Source of the DNA: an uncultured Thermoleophilaceae bacterium
GTDB lineage: Bacteria; Actinomycetota; Thermoleophilia; Solirubrobacterales; Thermoleophilaceae
DNA length: 64,000 nucleotides
Direction: 5' to 3'
Assembly (NCBI GenBank): GCA_963848495.1
Contig: CAWKDV010000003.1
Location: 155,057 to 219,056 of the forward strand
Part shown: piece after piece, positions 37,116 through 46,050 of the stretch
Position numbering within the stretch: the stretch's first letter is position 1
Layout of the letters: each line of letters starts with the position of its first letter
Made by a program: the position numbers and the translations under genes
Notes under the pieces: model-generated
Database searches by the model: none
Told to the model about the DNA's origin: nothing
The model's input: the letters and a program-made list of their open reading frames with translations, nothing else

Positions 37116-38132
37116 GTGAACCCGCGCCAGTCCCTGTCCGGCGGCTTCGGAAACCGTACCTGGATCGTGTTCGCCGCAGTCCTCGGCGGCCTGCTCGCTT
37201 ACGCAGCGCTCACCGCGCGGGGTGGCGTGCCCGACCCCACCGCAAGCCAGCACCTCAGCCACGGCGCGGTGATCCTCGACAGCGGGCTGCTCGTCCTGCG
37301 CGAGGGGCTCGAGGCGGTGCTGGTGCTCGCCGCCGTCACGGCCAGCTTCCTCGGCGCCAACCAGGCGCGCCGCCGCCCCGTGGCCGCCGGCGCCGGCCTC
37401 GCCTTCGGCTTCACGGTGCTCACCTGGTTCGCCGCGGTCTGGTTCATCGGCTCGCTCGGCGCGCCCGGGCTCGACATCCAGGCCGCCACCGGCCTGCTGG
37501 CTGTGCTCGTGCTGCTGGTGGTGATGAACTGGTTCTTCCACCGCGTCTACTGGACCGGCTGGATCGCGCACCACCACGGCCGCCGCCGGCGCCTGCTGGA
37601 ACGCGGCGGCAGCGGCGTCACCGCCGGGCTGCTGCTGCTCGGCTTCACCGCCGTCTACCGCGAGGGCTTCGAGGTCATGATCTTCCTGCAGAACCTGCGC
37701 ATCAAGTACGGCGCCGGCGTCGTGCTCGAGGGCGTGGCGATCGGCCTGGCGCTCACCACCGTCGTCGGCGTGCTCACGTTCGCCGCCCACCACAAGCTGC
37801 CCTACAAGAAGATGCTCGTGCTCACGGGCGCGCTGATCGGCTTCGTGCTCGTCGTGATGGTCGGCGAGAGCATGCAGGAGCTCCAGCTCGCGGGCTGGAT
37901 CCCCACCACCAACCTCGGCTTCACGCTGCCCGGCTGGATGGGCCTGTGGCTGGCGATCTTCCCGACCGTCGAGACCCTGGCCGCGCAGGCCCTTGCGGCG
38001 GGCGCGGTGATCGGCTCATACCTGCTGGCGGAGCACGTCCGTGTGCGGCGGCCGCTGCGGCGGGGCGAGCAGCCAGCGCGACGGCCGGACCAGGCGCCGG
38101 GAGGGGCTGAGCCGCTCGCCGGCCTCGGTTAG
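37116..38132 (+). CDS. FTR1/EfeU-family iron permease
   Basis: Two REGLE-type motifs (REGLEAVLVL, REGFEVMIFL) in a 7-TM pattern. The GTG lies 2 nt after the GT2 stop. Confidence 0.75.
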   Translation: MNPRQSLSGGFGNRTWIVFAAVLGGLLAYAALTARGGVPDPTASQHLSHGAVILDSGLLVLREGLEAVLVLAAVTASFLGANQARRRPVAAGAGLAFGFTVLTWFAAVWFIGSLGAPGLDIQAATGLLAVLVLLVVMNWFFHRVYWTGWIAHHHGRRRRLLERGGSGVTAGLLLLGFTAVYREGFEVMIFLQNLRIKYGAGVVLEGVAIGLALTTVVGVLTFAAHHKLPYKKMLVLTGALIGFVLVVMVGESMQELQLAGWIPTTNLGFTLPGWMGLWLAIFPTVETLAAQALAAGAVIGSYLLAEHVRVRRPLRRGEQPARRPDQAPGGAEPLAGLG

Positions 38133-38211
38133 GCGTCCGCGCACGTCGGCTTTGCCTGAGCGTCTACGACGGCAATGAGGGTGGCCCCAAACGAAGCTTG
38201 CGCGCACAAGC

Positions 38212-38250
38212 GTCAGGTCCTAGGGGGTCTATGTGCCCCTGGGACCTGAC
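38212..38250. terminator. Strong hairpin between convergent genes (bidirectional terminator candidate)
   Basis: GTCAGGTCCTAGGGG-GTCTATGTG-CCCCTGGGACCTGAC: a 15-bp stem with one G-U pair and a 9-nt loop. Confidence 0.6.
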
Positions 38251-38281
38251 GGTAGATTCACCTGGACGCTTGGGCCGGCCT

Positions 38282-38392
38282 TTATTGATGTCGTTTCGAC
38301 ATCCAGAGGATCCAGAGGGTCAGCACCAGCACCGGCCCGAAGAAGATGGGCAGGTCCACGAGCACGTGGCCCATGTGCGCGAAGGGGATCAT
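38282..38392 (-). CDS. Candidate 36-aa single-TM micro-protein coupled to the upstream membrane protein
   Basis: MIPFAHMGHVLVDLPIFFGPVLVLTLWILWMSKRHQ. The ATG overlaps the stop of 38389-40233 (ATGA). Confidence 0.5.
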   Translation of the reverse strand: MIPFAHMGHVLVDLPIFFGPVLVLTLWILWMSKRHQ

Positions 38393-40233
38393 GCGGGCGT
38401 CACCACCTCGCCGCGGGCGTGGCGGCCACGCTGCGTGGCGCGGGCCGGCGTCTCCGCCGAGCGCTCGCCGGCGGTCGTCTCGAGGCGGCGCAGGCCCAGG
38501 CCGAGCGCGACCAGCCAGAGGGCCACGATCACGAGCAGCAGCAGGTAGGCCGGCAGCGCTAGCCAGGTCGAGCCGCCCACGGCCTCCCGCTGCAGCACCT
38601 TCTTGTCGCGCACGAACGCGCGCGTGAAGCTGTCGCGGGCGGGCACGGCCTTGGCGGGGATCGCCGGGTCGGCCGGCAGGTAGATCGGCACGGCGCGGAC
38701 GCCGCGGCCGTTCTCGAGCCGCAGCATGGTCTTCCACTTGCCGTAGACGGGAAGCGCCTTGGTGGTCTGGTAGACCCCCTCGGCCACTCGGTGCAGGCGG
38801 TCAACCACCAGGCCGCCGCCCTGCCACGAGGTCACCGTGAGCCAGTCCGAGTGCTTCGCCGCGCTGGCGGGCGACAGCCTCACCGTCGCCGCGACGGTGC
38901 GCTTCGGCGCCGGCGCGACGGTCCGCAGCGTCACCGCGGCGCTGGTCGGAGCGCCGCTGTTCATCGGCATCGGGAACGCGATGCAGAACAGCACGCCGAT
39001 CGCGACGGCCGGCAGCAGCCAGCGCGGCGCCGGCCGGCTGACGCGCTCGTCGGAGACGAGCGCCCGGCCGACGTAGCCGCCGATCACGCCTGCCGAGACC
39101 GCCGCCAGGAGGCCGAGGATCGCCGCCTCGGGCAATAGCGCCGACGGCCACGGGAGCGGCATCCAGACGTGCGACCAGGCCCACTCGGCGGCCAGCCCGA
39201 ACGTCCCGATCAGCAGGCCGGAGACCGCGCCGAGCGTGAGCGGCCGGTCGCGCGGGATGCGCGCGGCGGCGAGCTCGACGAGGATCGCCTCGGCGATGTA
39301 GAGCGGGAAGTGCGGCGTGGTGGCGCCGATGCCGGGGCCGATGATCAGCGTCAGCAGGCCGCGGATGAACAGGAAGGACGCCACCGCCTGCAGCGCCCCG
39401 AAGCGCCCGATCCGGATGCGCGCGGCCACCAGGCCGATGCCCGCGGCGATCATCAGGAGGATGGGCTGGAAGACGAGCTGGAACTGCGGGACGCCGTAGT
39501 CGAACTCGCCCTGCAGGGTGGACAGCCCGATCAGGAAGGAGCCCGCCGCCATTGCCGTCCGCACGCGCAGGAACAGCTTCGAAGGGGCGCCCCGGCCGGC
39601 GGCCGCGCGCTGTCCCTCGACGAGCAGCACCCACACGCCGAGCGTGGCCAGCGAGGCGCCGCCCACCATCAGCACGTGCGTCGGTCCCCAGAGCGTCACG
39701 TCCTGGCCGAAGAGCGTGTGCCAGACGTCGTCGAGCGGGAAGCCCGAGAGGGCGAAGCCGCCGCAGAGGAAGATCAGGAGCCCGCCGAGCGGTGCCCGCC
39801 AGCCGTCGGCGATGCGCACCGAAGTGGGCACGTTCTCGCCCGTGCCGAGCACGATCGCGGTGAAGCCGCCGAGTGCGATCCCGAACAGGCCGATCAGGAT
39901 CGGGTAGTGCGCGGCGGTGCCGAACGGGCCGGGATCGCGGCCGGTGTCGATGTGCTTGGCCACGTCCCAGTAGAAGCCGAAGACGGCGATCATCAGCGAG
40001 CCGCCGGTGATCGCGGACGGCAGCGCCGCCCAGCCGGGCAGTCCGCTCACGCGCTCGCTGAAGCCGGCGGCCCGGCCGAGCCATGTGATGCGCCCGGAGC
40101 GGTGCGACATCGCCACCCAGATCACGAGCGCGGTGAGCGCCATCGCGACGCCGGTGCCCCAGAGGACGTCGCCGATCGGCGCTCCCTTGGCCGGCTCTGA
40201 GCCGGATGCGGCCAGCAGCAATTCCGCCGTCAT
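38389..40233 (-). CDS. Large polytopic membrane protein of unknown function with a C-terminal extracytoplasmic domain
   Basis: 614 aa, about 12 hydrophobic segments, conserved-looking polar blocks (FYWDVAKHIDTGRDPGPFGTAAHYP, DDVWHTLFGQDVTLWGPTH), then a soluble ~150-aa region and a final TM. No family recognised. Confidence 0.65.
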   Translation of the reverse strand: MTAELLLAASGSEPAKGAPIGDVLWGTGVAMALTALVIWVAMSHRSGRITWLGRAAGFSERVSGLPGWAALPSAITGGSLMIAVFGFYWDVAKHIDTGRDPGPFGTAAHYPILIGLFGIALGGFTAIVLGTGENVPTSVRIADGWRAPLGGLLIFLCGGFALSGFPLDDVWHTLFGQDVTLWGPTHVLMVGGASLATLGVWVLLVEGQRAAAGRGAPSKLFLRVRTAMAAGSFLIGLSTLQGEFDYGVPQFQLVFQPILLMIAAGIGLVAARIRIGRFGALQAVASFLFIRGLLTLIIGPGIGATTPHFPLYIAEAILVELAAARIPRDRPLTLGAVSGLLIGTFGLAAEWAWSHVWMPLPWPSALLPEAAILGLLAAVSAGVIGGYVGRALVSDERVSRPAPRWLLPAVAIGVLFCIAFPMPMNSGAPTSAAVTLRTVAPAPKRTVAATVRLSPASAAKHSDWLTVTSWQGGGLVVDRLHRVAEGVYQTTKALPVYGKWKTMLRLENGRGVRAVPIYLPADPAIPAKAVPARDSFTRAFVRDKKVLQREAVGGSTWLALPAYLLLLVIVALWLVALGLGLRRLETTAGERSAETPARATQRGRHARGEVVTPA

Positions 40234-40276
40234 GGTGATCCCCTCGGTTCGTTGCCACGCGGGCCCCTGCCCGCTT

Positions 40277-40328
40277 CAAGACGATTATTACACGGTTTGG
40301 TGGAACATTAAACCCTGTAGTCGTCTTG
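40277..40328 (-). terminator. AT-rich imperfect palindrome directly after the liv operon stop
   Basis: CAAGACGA ... TCGTCTTG (8-bp arms, ~36-nt spacer with partial further pairing), next to the livF-like stop codon at 40330. Confidence 0.4.
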
Positions 40329-40329
40329 G

Positions 40330-41067
40330 TTACGGCGAGCCCTGCGAGGGCGCGGCGGCCGCCTGCTCACCGAAGTAGCTGGCGCGCAGCAGGTCGCGGT
40401 CGGCGCGCAGCACCGAGGCCTTGTCGTGCAGCACGATCTGGCCGTGCGAGAGCACGCAGCCGCGGTCGGCGATGTCGAGCGCGAGCTGCACATGCTGCTC
40501 CACGAGCAGGACGCCGCAGCCGGTCTCGGCCGCGTACTCGCGCACGACCGGCAGGAGGCGCTCGACGATCAGAGGCGCGAGCCCGAGGCTCAGCTCGTCG
40601 AGCAGCAGGAGCCGCGGATGCCGCGCCAGCGCGCGCCCCACCGCGAGCATCTGCTGCTCGCCGCCCGAGAGGAGCCCGCAGCGCCGCTCTTGCAGCTCCC
40701 CCAGCGCCGGGAAGTAGCGGTAGGCGGCGTCGGCGTCGAGCCGCTCGCCGCGGCTCCCGAGGCGGAAGTGCTCCGCCACCGTGAGCCCGAAGAAGACGCC
40801 GCGGTTCTCCGGCACGTGCGCGATGCCGAGGCGCGCGCGCTTGCTGATCGACATCCCGGCGAGGTCGCCGCCCCCGAAGGAGATCCTCCCCGCCATCGGC
40901 TTGACCACGCCCGAGATCGTGCGCAGCGTGGTGGTCTTGCCGGCGCCGTTGGCCCCCAGCAGAGCCACCACCTCCCCCTCTCCCACGCTCAGCTCGAGGT
41001 CGCGGATCACCGCGGCGTCCTCGTAGCCGGCGGTGAGCGCCTCGATCTGCAGGACCGGTGTGCTCAC
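40330..41067 (-). CDS. livF: Branched-chain amino acid-type ABC transporter ATP-binding protein (LivF family)
   Basis: GANGAGKTT, LSGGEQQML, LLLLDELSLGLAP. GTGA overlap with the upstream ATPase gene. Confidence 0.8.
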   Translation of the reverse strand: MSTPVLQIEALTAGYEDAAVIRDLELSVGEGEVVALLGANGAGKTTTLRTISGVVKPMAGRISFGGGDLAGMSISKRARLGIAHVPENRGVFFGLTVAEHFRLGSRGERLDADAAYRYFPALGELQERRCGLLSGGEQQMLAVGRALARHPRLLLLDELSLGLAPLIVERLLPVVREYAAETGCGVLLVEQHVQLALDIADRGCVLSHGQIVLHDKASVLRADRDLLRASYFGEQAAAAPSQGSP

Positions 41068-41822
41068 GCGGTGAGCTCCTTCGCCGCGCTGCCGAGGTAG
41101 GCCTCGACCACGCGCGGGTCGCGCCGGACCTGGTCGGGCGGGCCGGACGCGATCAGCTTGCCGAACTCGAGCACGTGGACCTGGTCGCAGATGCTGAGCA
41201 CGAGGCCCATGTCGTGGTCGATCAGGAGCATCGAGCTGCCGCCGTCGGCGAGCGCGCGCAGCCGCCGGCCGAGCTCCTCGCTCTCGGCGGTGTCGAGCCC
41301 GGCGGCCGGCTCGTCGAGACACAGGAGCCGCGGCTCCATCACGATCGCCCGGGCAACGCCCACCAGCTTGCGCTGCCCCTGTGAGAGGTCGCCCGGCATG
41401 AGCCCCGCCGCCCATGTCAGCTCCACCAGCTCGAGCGCGCGATCGACCGCGTTCTGTGCGGCGGTGGACTCCTTGAACAGCTCCTTCACGACCTCCCACG
41501 CCGACGGCCTGTGTGCGGCCACGGTGAGGTTCTCGCGCACGGTCAGGTCGTCGAACAGCTCCGTGCTCTGCCAGGTCCGGGACAGGCCCAGCGCCGAGCG
41601 CTCGTGGGGCCGCAGCACCGTGAGATCGTGGCCGTCGAGCTCGATCCGGCCGGCGCAGCGCACGAAGCCTGTGATCGCGTCGACGAAGGTGGTCTTGCCG
41701 GCGCCGTTCGGCCCGATCAGGCCCACGAGCTGCCCGCTCTGCACCTCGAGGTCGACGTCAACCAGCGCGTGCACGCCGCCGAAGCTCACCGACACGCCCT
41801 GTGTGGCCAGCACCGCGCTCAC
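41064..41822 (-). CDS. livG: Branched-chain amino acid-type ABC transporter ATP-binding protein (LivG family)
   Basis: GPNGAGKTT, LSQGQRKLVGVARA, LLCLDEPAAGL. GTGA overlap with the permease stop. Confidence 0.8.
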   Translation of the reverse strand: MSAVLATQGVSVSFGGVHALVDVDLEVQSGQLVGLIGPNGAGKTTFVDAITGFVRCAGRIELDGHDLTVLRPHERSALGLSRTWQSTELFDDLTVRENLTVAAHRPSAWEVVKELFKESTAAQNAVDRALELVELTWAAGLMPGDLSQGQRKLVGVARAIVMEPRLLCLDEPAAGLDTAESEELGRRLRALADGGSSMLLIDHDMGLVLSICDQVHVLEFGKLIASGPPDQVRRDPRVVEAYLGSAAKELTA

Positions 41823-43819
41823 GGCTCGGCCGCCGCGGTGGAGGTCGTGGGCTTGCGACTGCGGTCGAACAGCTTCTGGCCCTTGCCGGAGGGCCCGGCC
41901 CGGCCGCGGTGGAGCCATTTGTAGAAGGCGCCGGCCACGCCCTCCGGGTGCTGGATCAGCGTGAAGATCAGGATCACGCCGCCGAACAGCAGGAACCAGT
42001 TGCCGTTGATCCCGAGCCACTTGTCGAGGGCGTGCGGGAACAGCGCCTGCGTGGAGATCAGCCCGGCGAACACGGCGCCGGACACGAGCGTGATGCCGCC
42101 CGCGTAGGCGAAGGCGATCAGGCTGAGCGCGGTGACGGCGTCGAAGCGGTCCGCGCTGACCGAGCCGAAGTTGTAGGCGTAGAGCGAGCCCGCCATGCCG
42201 GCGATGAACGCGCTGATGCCGAAGGCGATCAGCTTGACGTTGCGCACATCCACCGCCGAGGCGGCGGCGGCGCGCTCGTTGGAGCGCACCGCGAGCATCC
42301 GCTGCCCCAGGTTGCCGCGCCGCATCGACGCGACCAGCAGGCACAACGCCACGGTGACCGCCAGGGCGAACCAGCCGAACACCGGGCTGGGCAGGCCCCC
42401 GTCGAGACCCCGGAACGCCGAGCGTGGTCCGAGGTCGAGGCCGAACAGGTGCGGCTCGCGCACCGGCGAGCCCGTGTCGCCCCCGCCCCAAGTCTGGTTG
42501 ACGAAGCCGAAGTTCGAGATCGCGACGGCGGCGCCCAGCGTGACCACCGCGAGGGCCACGCCCCGCACGCGCAGCGCGGACGCCGCGGTGATGAGCCCGA
42601 GCAGCACCGCCACCGCCGCGCCGGCGAGCGGCGCCAGCGGAAAGCCGATCCCGGCGTCCACCCCCATGTGCGACACGGTGAAGCCGGCCGCCCCCGCCAG
42701 GGCGAGCTGCACCACCGAGATCTGGCCCACGAAGCCGGTGATGACCACGAGCGACAGCGCCATCACCGTCCCGATCAGCGAGTTGATCAGCGCCTGGCGG
42801 AAGTCGAACGGCAGGACGATCAGCGCGACCGCGACGACGAGCGAGAAGACGATCGCGGGCAGCATCAGGTTGTTGGACCGCGGGGCCTCCGGCATCCGCT
42901 GCTCGACCAGCTCGCCGCGACCGGGGATTCTCGCCCCGCGCAGGAACATGGCGGCGACGATGATCAGGAAGGCGATCAGCTCCTTGACTCCCGGCAGCGG
43001 CACGCCGTGGTCGGTCGGGAACCAGGTCTTCGTGGAGAAGTAGTCGATGAGCGAGTTGATGATCCCGATGCCGAGCCCGGCGGCGCAGGCGATCCAGAAC
43101 GACGTGAGCCGCGCCAGCAGCGCGGCCGCCAGCGCGGGCACCACCTGGAGCGGCAGCGAGACGGTGTCGAGCTGCGTGATCGAGGCTGCGAGCACCCCGA
43201 TCCCCCCGGCCACCACGCTGGCGAGCAGCGTGTTGGCGAGCGACAGCTCGTTGGCCGACAGACCGCCGAGCATCGCCGACAGCTCGTTCTCCGACACCGC
43301 CCTGGTGGCGAGACCGAAGCGCGTGAAGCGGTAGGCGAGGGTCAGGCCGATCGCCAGCGCGATCACGATCCCGGCGAGGATGAAGCGGTCCTCCGGGATG
43401 ATCGAGCCGAAGACCTTCACGGTGGCGCTCGGCAGCACGGACGGCTCGGGCTTCTGCGTGGTGCCGAAGGCGAGCAGCATCGACGCCTGGGCGATCAGCA
43501 GCACGCCGAGCGACGAGACGAGCTTCGCCAGCGGCGAGGCGTTGCGCAGCGGCCGGAACGCCACGAGCTCCATCAGCGTGCCGATGATCAGCGTGATCAC
43601 CAGCGTGAGCAGCAGCGCCGGCGCCGTGGCGAAGTGCACGCCGCCGTACTCGCCGCTCCGCAGGGACCAGTACGCGTAGCCGGACAGCATCGCGACCGCC
43701 CCCGTGGCGAGGTTGATGATTCCCGAGCCTCGGTAGGTCAGCACGACGGCCAGCGCGATCCCTGCGATCAGCGCTCCGGAGCCGAGGCCGAGGAGTACGA
43801 AAAGCAGAATTTGTTGCAT
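41819..43819 (-). CDS. Fused LivH/LivM-type ABC transporter permease
   Basis: 666 aa, two permease modules in one polypeptide. The N-terminus MQQILLFVLLGLGSGALIAGIAL is typical of LivH. Confidence 0.8.
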   Translation of the reverse strand: MQQILLFVLLGLGSGALIAGIALAVVLTYRGSGIINLATGAVAMLSGYAYWSLRSGEYGGVHFATAPALLLTLVITLIIGTLMELVAFRPLRNASPLAKLVSSLGVLLIAQASMLLAFGTTQKPEPSVLPSATVKVFGSIIPEDRFILAGIVIALAIGLTLAYRFTRFGLATRAVSENELSAMLGGLSANELSLANTLLASVVAGGIGVLAASITQLDTVSLPLQVVPALAAALLARLTSFWIACAAGLGIGIINSLIDYFSTKTWFPTDHGVPLPGVKELIAFLIIVAAMFLRGARIPGRGELVEQRMPEAPRSNNLMLPAIVFSLVVAVALIVLPFDFRQALINSLIGTVMALSLVVITGFVGQISVVQLALAGAAGFTVSHMGVDAGIGFPLAPLAGAAVAVLLGLITAASALRVRGVALAVVTLGAAVAISNFGFVNQTWGGGDTGSPVREPHLFGLDLGPRSAFRGLDGGLPSPVFGWFALAVTVALCLLVASMRRGNLGQRMLAVRSNERAAAASAVDVRNVKLIAFGISAFIAGMAGSLYAYNFGSVSADRFDAVTALSLIAFAYAGGITLVSGAVFAGLISTQALFPHALDKWLGINGNWFLLFGGVILIFTLIQHPEGVAGAFYKWLHRGRAGPSGKGQKLFDRSRKPTTSTAAAEP

Positions 43820-43885
43820 CAGACTCCCGCAGTATCGGACCGGCGGGGCCGCTCAGGCCTGGCGACCCCGCCGATCACGTTGGCG

Positions 43886-45226
43886 TCAGCCAGTCGCGCC
43901 GGGCGGCTGCAGCCACGACGCCGCCTTGGTGAACTTGTTCTGCCCGCCGTACGAGAAGAACTGGGTGCGGTCGTTGCAGATGGCCGGTGCGTCCGGGTAC
44001 TTGCCGCACTTGACCTGCGGAGCGCCCAGCACCAGTGGACCGGTGAACGCCTTGGCTTTGTCCAAGAAGGCTGCGGTCGTGAAGTTGTCCGCACCGACCT
44101 CATTCAGGAACTTCACCGTGGTGAGGACGTCCGCGAACGTGACGATCACCCACGGGTCGGGCGCCGTCTTCACTCCGTACTGCTGCGTGACCTTCATGTA
44201 CGGCGGCATGCCGGGGTCGGTCGGGTCGCCGAACAGCGAGCTGGCGATCGCGTAGGTCCAGATCGGGTAGTCCCCGCCCAGGCCCTTCTGCACCAGCGGG
44301 TTGAGGCAGAGCGGCGCCGACACGATCTTCTTCGCGTCGGTGATGCCGAGCTGCTTCAGCGCCTTGGCCTGGTTCACGCAGCCCGAGGCGTCGCTGTAGG
44401 GGATGACCATGTCGGCGGTCTGCGCGCCGGCGGCCGTGAGCGGACCGACGAGGTCCGTCTGACCCTGCGCGTAGCCGACCTTCTTGACCTTCACGCCGGC
44501 GTCGGTGAGGCCCTTGTTCAGAGCGGCCGCGCCGTCGGTGATGCCCGGGATGTTCGGGTAGACCAGTGCGGCCGTCTTCGCGTGGAGGACGTCCTTGGCG
44601 TAGGTGCCGAACGGCCCGAGGACCTTGGTGGCGTCGCCGAACAGCACCACGGCGTTCTTCTGAACGGTGTCGACTGGCGTGACCGCCACGCCGGTGACGA
44701 CAGGCTTCTTGCCGCCGATCGTGGAGAAGAACGACTGGATGCCGATCGCTATGCCGCCCGTGTCGATCGCCGTGACCGACTTGTCGTTGCCGAGCTTCTG
44801 GCCACAGGTGGTGCCTTCCTCCTCGGCCGACTTGATGAAGCACTTCTTGAGCGCGATCGGATGGCCGCCGATGCCGCCAAGCTGGTCGTTGACGACCTTC
44901 ACGGCGAGGTCGGCGCCGTCGGTGGCGGCGGGGCCGATCGAGGTCTGGCCGCCCTGCTGGTTGACCCAGCCGATGTAGATCGGCGACATACTCGGGTCGG
45001 CCTTGCCGGCGGTGCCGCCCGTGTACTTGACGTAGTCGGTGACCGACTCCGCGCCGGCGCCGCCCGTCCCAGCGCCACCTCCGGCGGCCGCGGTGCTCGC
45101 GCCACCTGCCGCGGTGCTCGCATTGCTGGTCGAAGACTTCGACTTGCCACCGCACGCGCTGACGGCTACCGCCAGCGCGATGATCGCGGCTATGAGAAAA
45201 CCGACCCTCCGAGCCTGCGTAACCAC
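43886..45226 (-). CDS. ABC transporter substrate-binding lipoprotein (LivK/Leu-Ile-Val-binding family)
   Basis: Lipobox AVSACGG, a low-complexity linker, then a type-I periplasmic binding-protein pattern. Confidence 0.75.
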   Translation of the reverse strand: MVTQARRVGFLIAAIIALAVAVSACGGKSKSSTSNASTAAGGASTAAAGGGAGTGGAGAESVTDYVKYTGGTAGKADPSMSPIYIGWVNQQGGQTSIGPAATDGADLAVKVVNDQLGGIGGHPIALKKCFIKSAEEEGTTCGQKLGNDKSVTAIDTGGIAIGIQSFFSTIGGKKPVVTGVAVTPVDTVQKNAVVLFGDATKVLGPFGTYAKDVLHAKTAALVYPNIPGITDGAAALNKGLTDAGVKVKKVGYAQGQTDLVGPLTAAGAQTADMVIPYSDASGCVNQAKALKQLGITDAKKIVSAPLCLNPLVQKGLGGDYPIWTYAIASSLFGDPTDPGMPPYMKVTQQYGVKTAPDPWVIVTFADVLTTVKFLNEVGADNFTTAAFLDKAKAFTGPLVLGAPQVKCGKYPDAPAICNDRTQFFSYGGQNKFTKAASWLQPPGATG

Positions 45227-45299
45227 TACCCCTCCTCTTCCTCGTCTGGGATCGGACGGGGCCCGCGGGCGAGCCGCCCGTCACGCGGGGCGGATTTAA

Positions 45300-45326
45300 C
45301 CGTATCGTTCGCTATCTTGTCAACAA
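45300..45326 (-). promoter_or_regulatory. Promoter/operator-like box TTGTTGACAAGATAGCGAACGA, copy 1
   Basis: Contains TTGACA and a TTGT-NN-ACAA near-palindrome. 18 of its first 22 nt are identical to 48462-48483. Lies in the divergent gap between the binding-protein gene and the GntR gene. Confidence 0.5.
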
Positions 45327-45381
45327 TCTTTGAGACGATCTCCCGGGTGCCGTTGCGCCCCCGGATACGCTCCCTCAGCGC

Positions 45382-46041
45382 ATGAGCACGACGCAGCGAC
45401 GGTTACACGAGGAAGACGGCTACCACCGGCTACGGGACGCGATCGTCAGCGGCGAGCTGGCCCCCAACCAGCGGCTCGTCGAGGCCGACATGAGCACCGC
45501 CTTCAAGCTCCCCCGTGCCGCCGTCCGCACCGCCCTCGTGAGGCTCGAGCACGACGGTCTCGTGGAGCGCGAGCCGCACCGCGGCGCGCGCGTCCGCCTG
45601 GTCTCCGAGCAGGAGGCCGTGGAGATCCTCCAGGCCCGCGCGGCGCTCGAGGGCATCGCGGCCCGCCAGGCCGCCGCGCGCATCACGCCGGAGGGAGCCG
45701 CGGAGCTGCGCGCCGTGCTGGACGGCCAGCGCGAGGCGCTCGACCGCGAGGACCTCATGGGCGCCTCCGACGTCAACGCCATGCTCCACGCGAAGATCGT
45801 CGAGCTGTCGGGCCACGACACCGCCCAGCGCCTCATCCGCTCGCTGAACTCGCAGCTCGTGCGCTTCCAGTTCAGGACGATCCTGATCCCGGGCCGCCCG
45901 TCGCAGTCGCACGCCGAGCACACGGCGATCGTGGAGGCCGTCGTGGCGGGGCGGGCCGACGACGCCGAGCGCGCGATGCGCACCCACCTGGACAACGTGG
46001 CGCACGCGCTAGAGCGCTCGCACGAGCGGGACGCCCGCTAA
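45382..46041 (+). CDS. GntR-family transcriptional regulator (FadR/FCD subfamily)
   Basis: GntR winged helix (YHRLRDAIVSGELAPNQRLVEADMSTAFKLPRAAVRTAL) plus an all-helical FCD-like C-domain. Confidence 0.85.
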   Translation: MSTTQRRLHEEDGYHRLRDAIVSGELAPNQRLVEADMSTAFKLPRAAVRTALVRLEHDGLVEREPHRGARVRLVSEQEAVEILQARAALEGIAARQAAARITPEGAAELRAVLDGQREALDREDLMGASDVNAMLHAKIVELSGHDTAQRLIRSLNSQLVRFQFRTILIPGRPSQSHAEHTAIVEAVVAGRADDAERAMRTHLDNVAHALERSHERDAR

Positions 46042-46050
46042 GGCGGGCGC

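Noticed and set aside
41801-45385. 1194-aa ORF on the plus strand, the longest in the window
   Set aside because: It is antisense to the fused LivHM permease and the binding-protein gene. It has no recognisable domains, is extremely Arg/Gly/Asp/Glu-rich, and its third-position bias belongs to the opposite strand.
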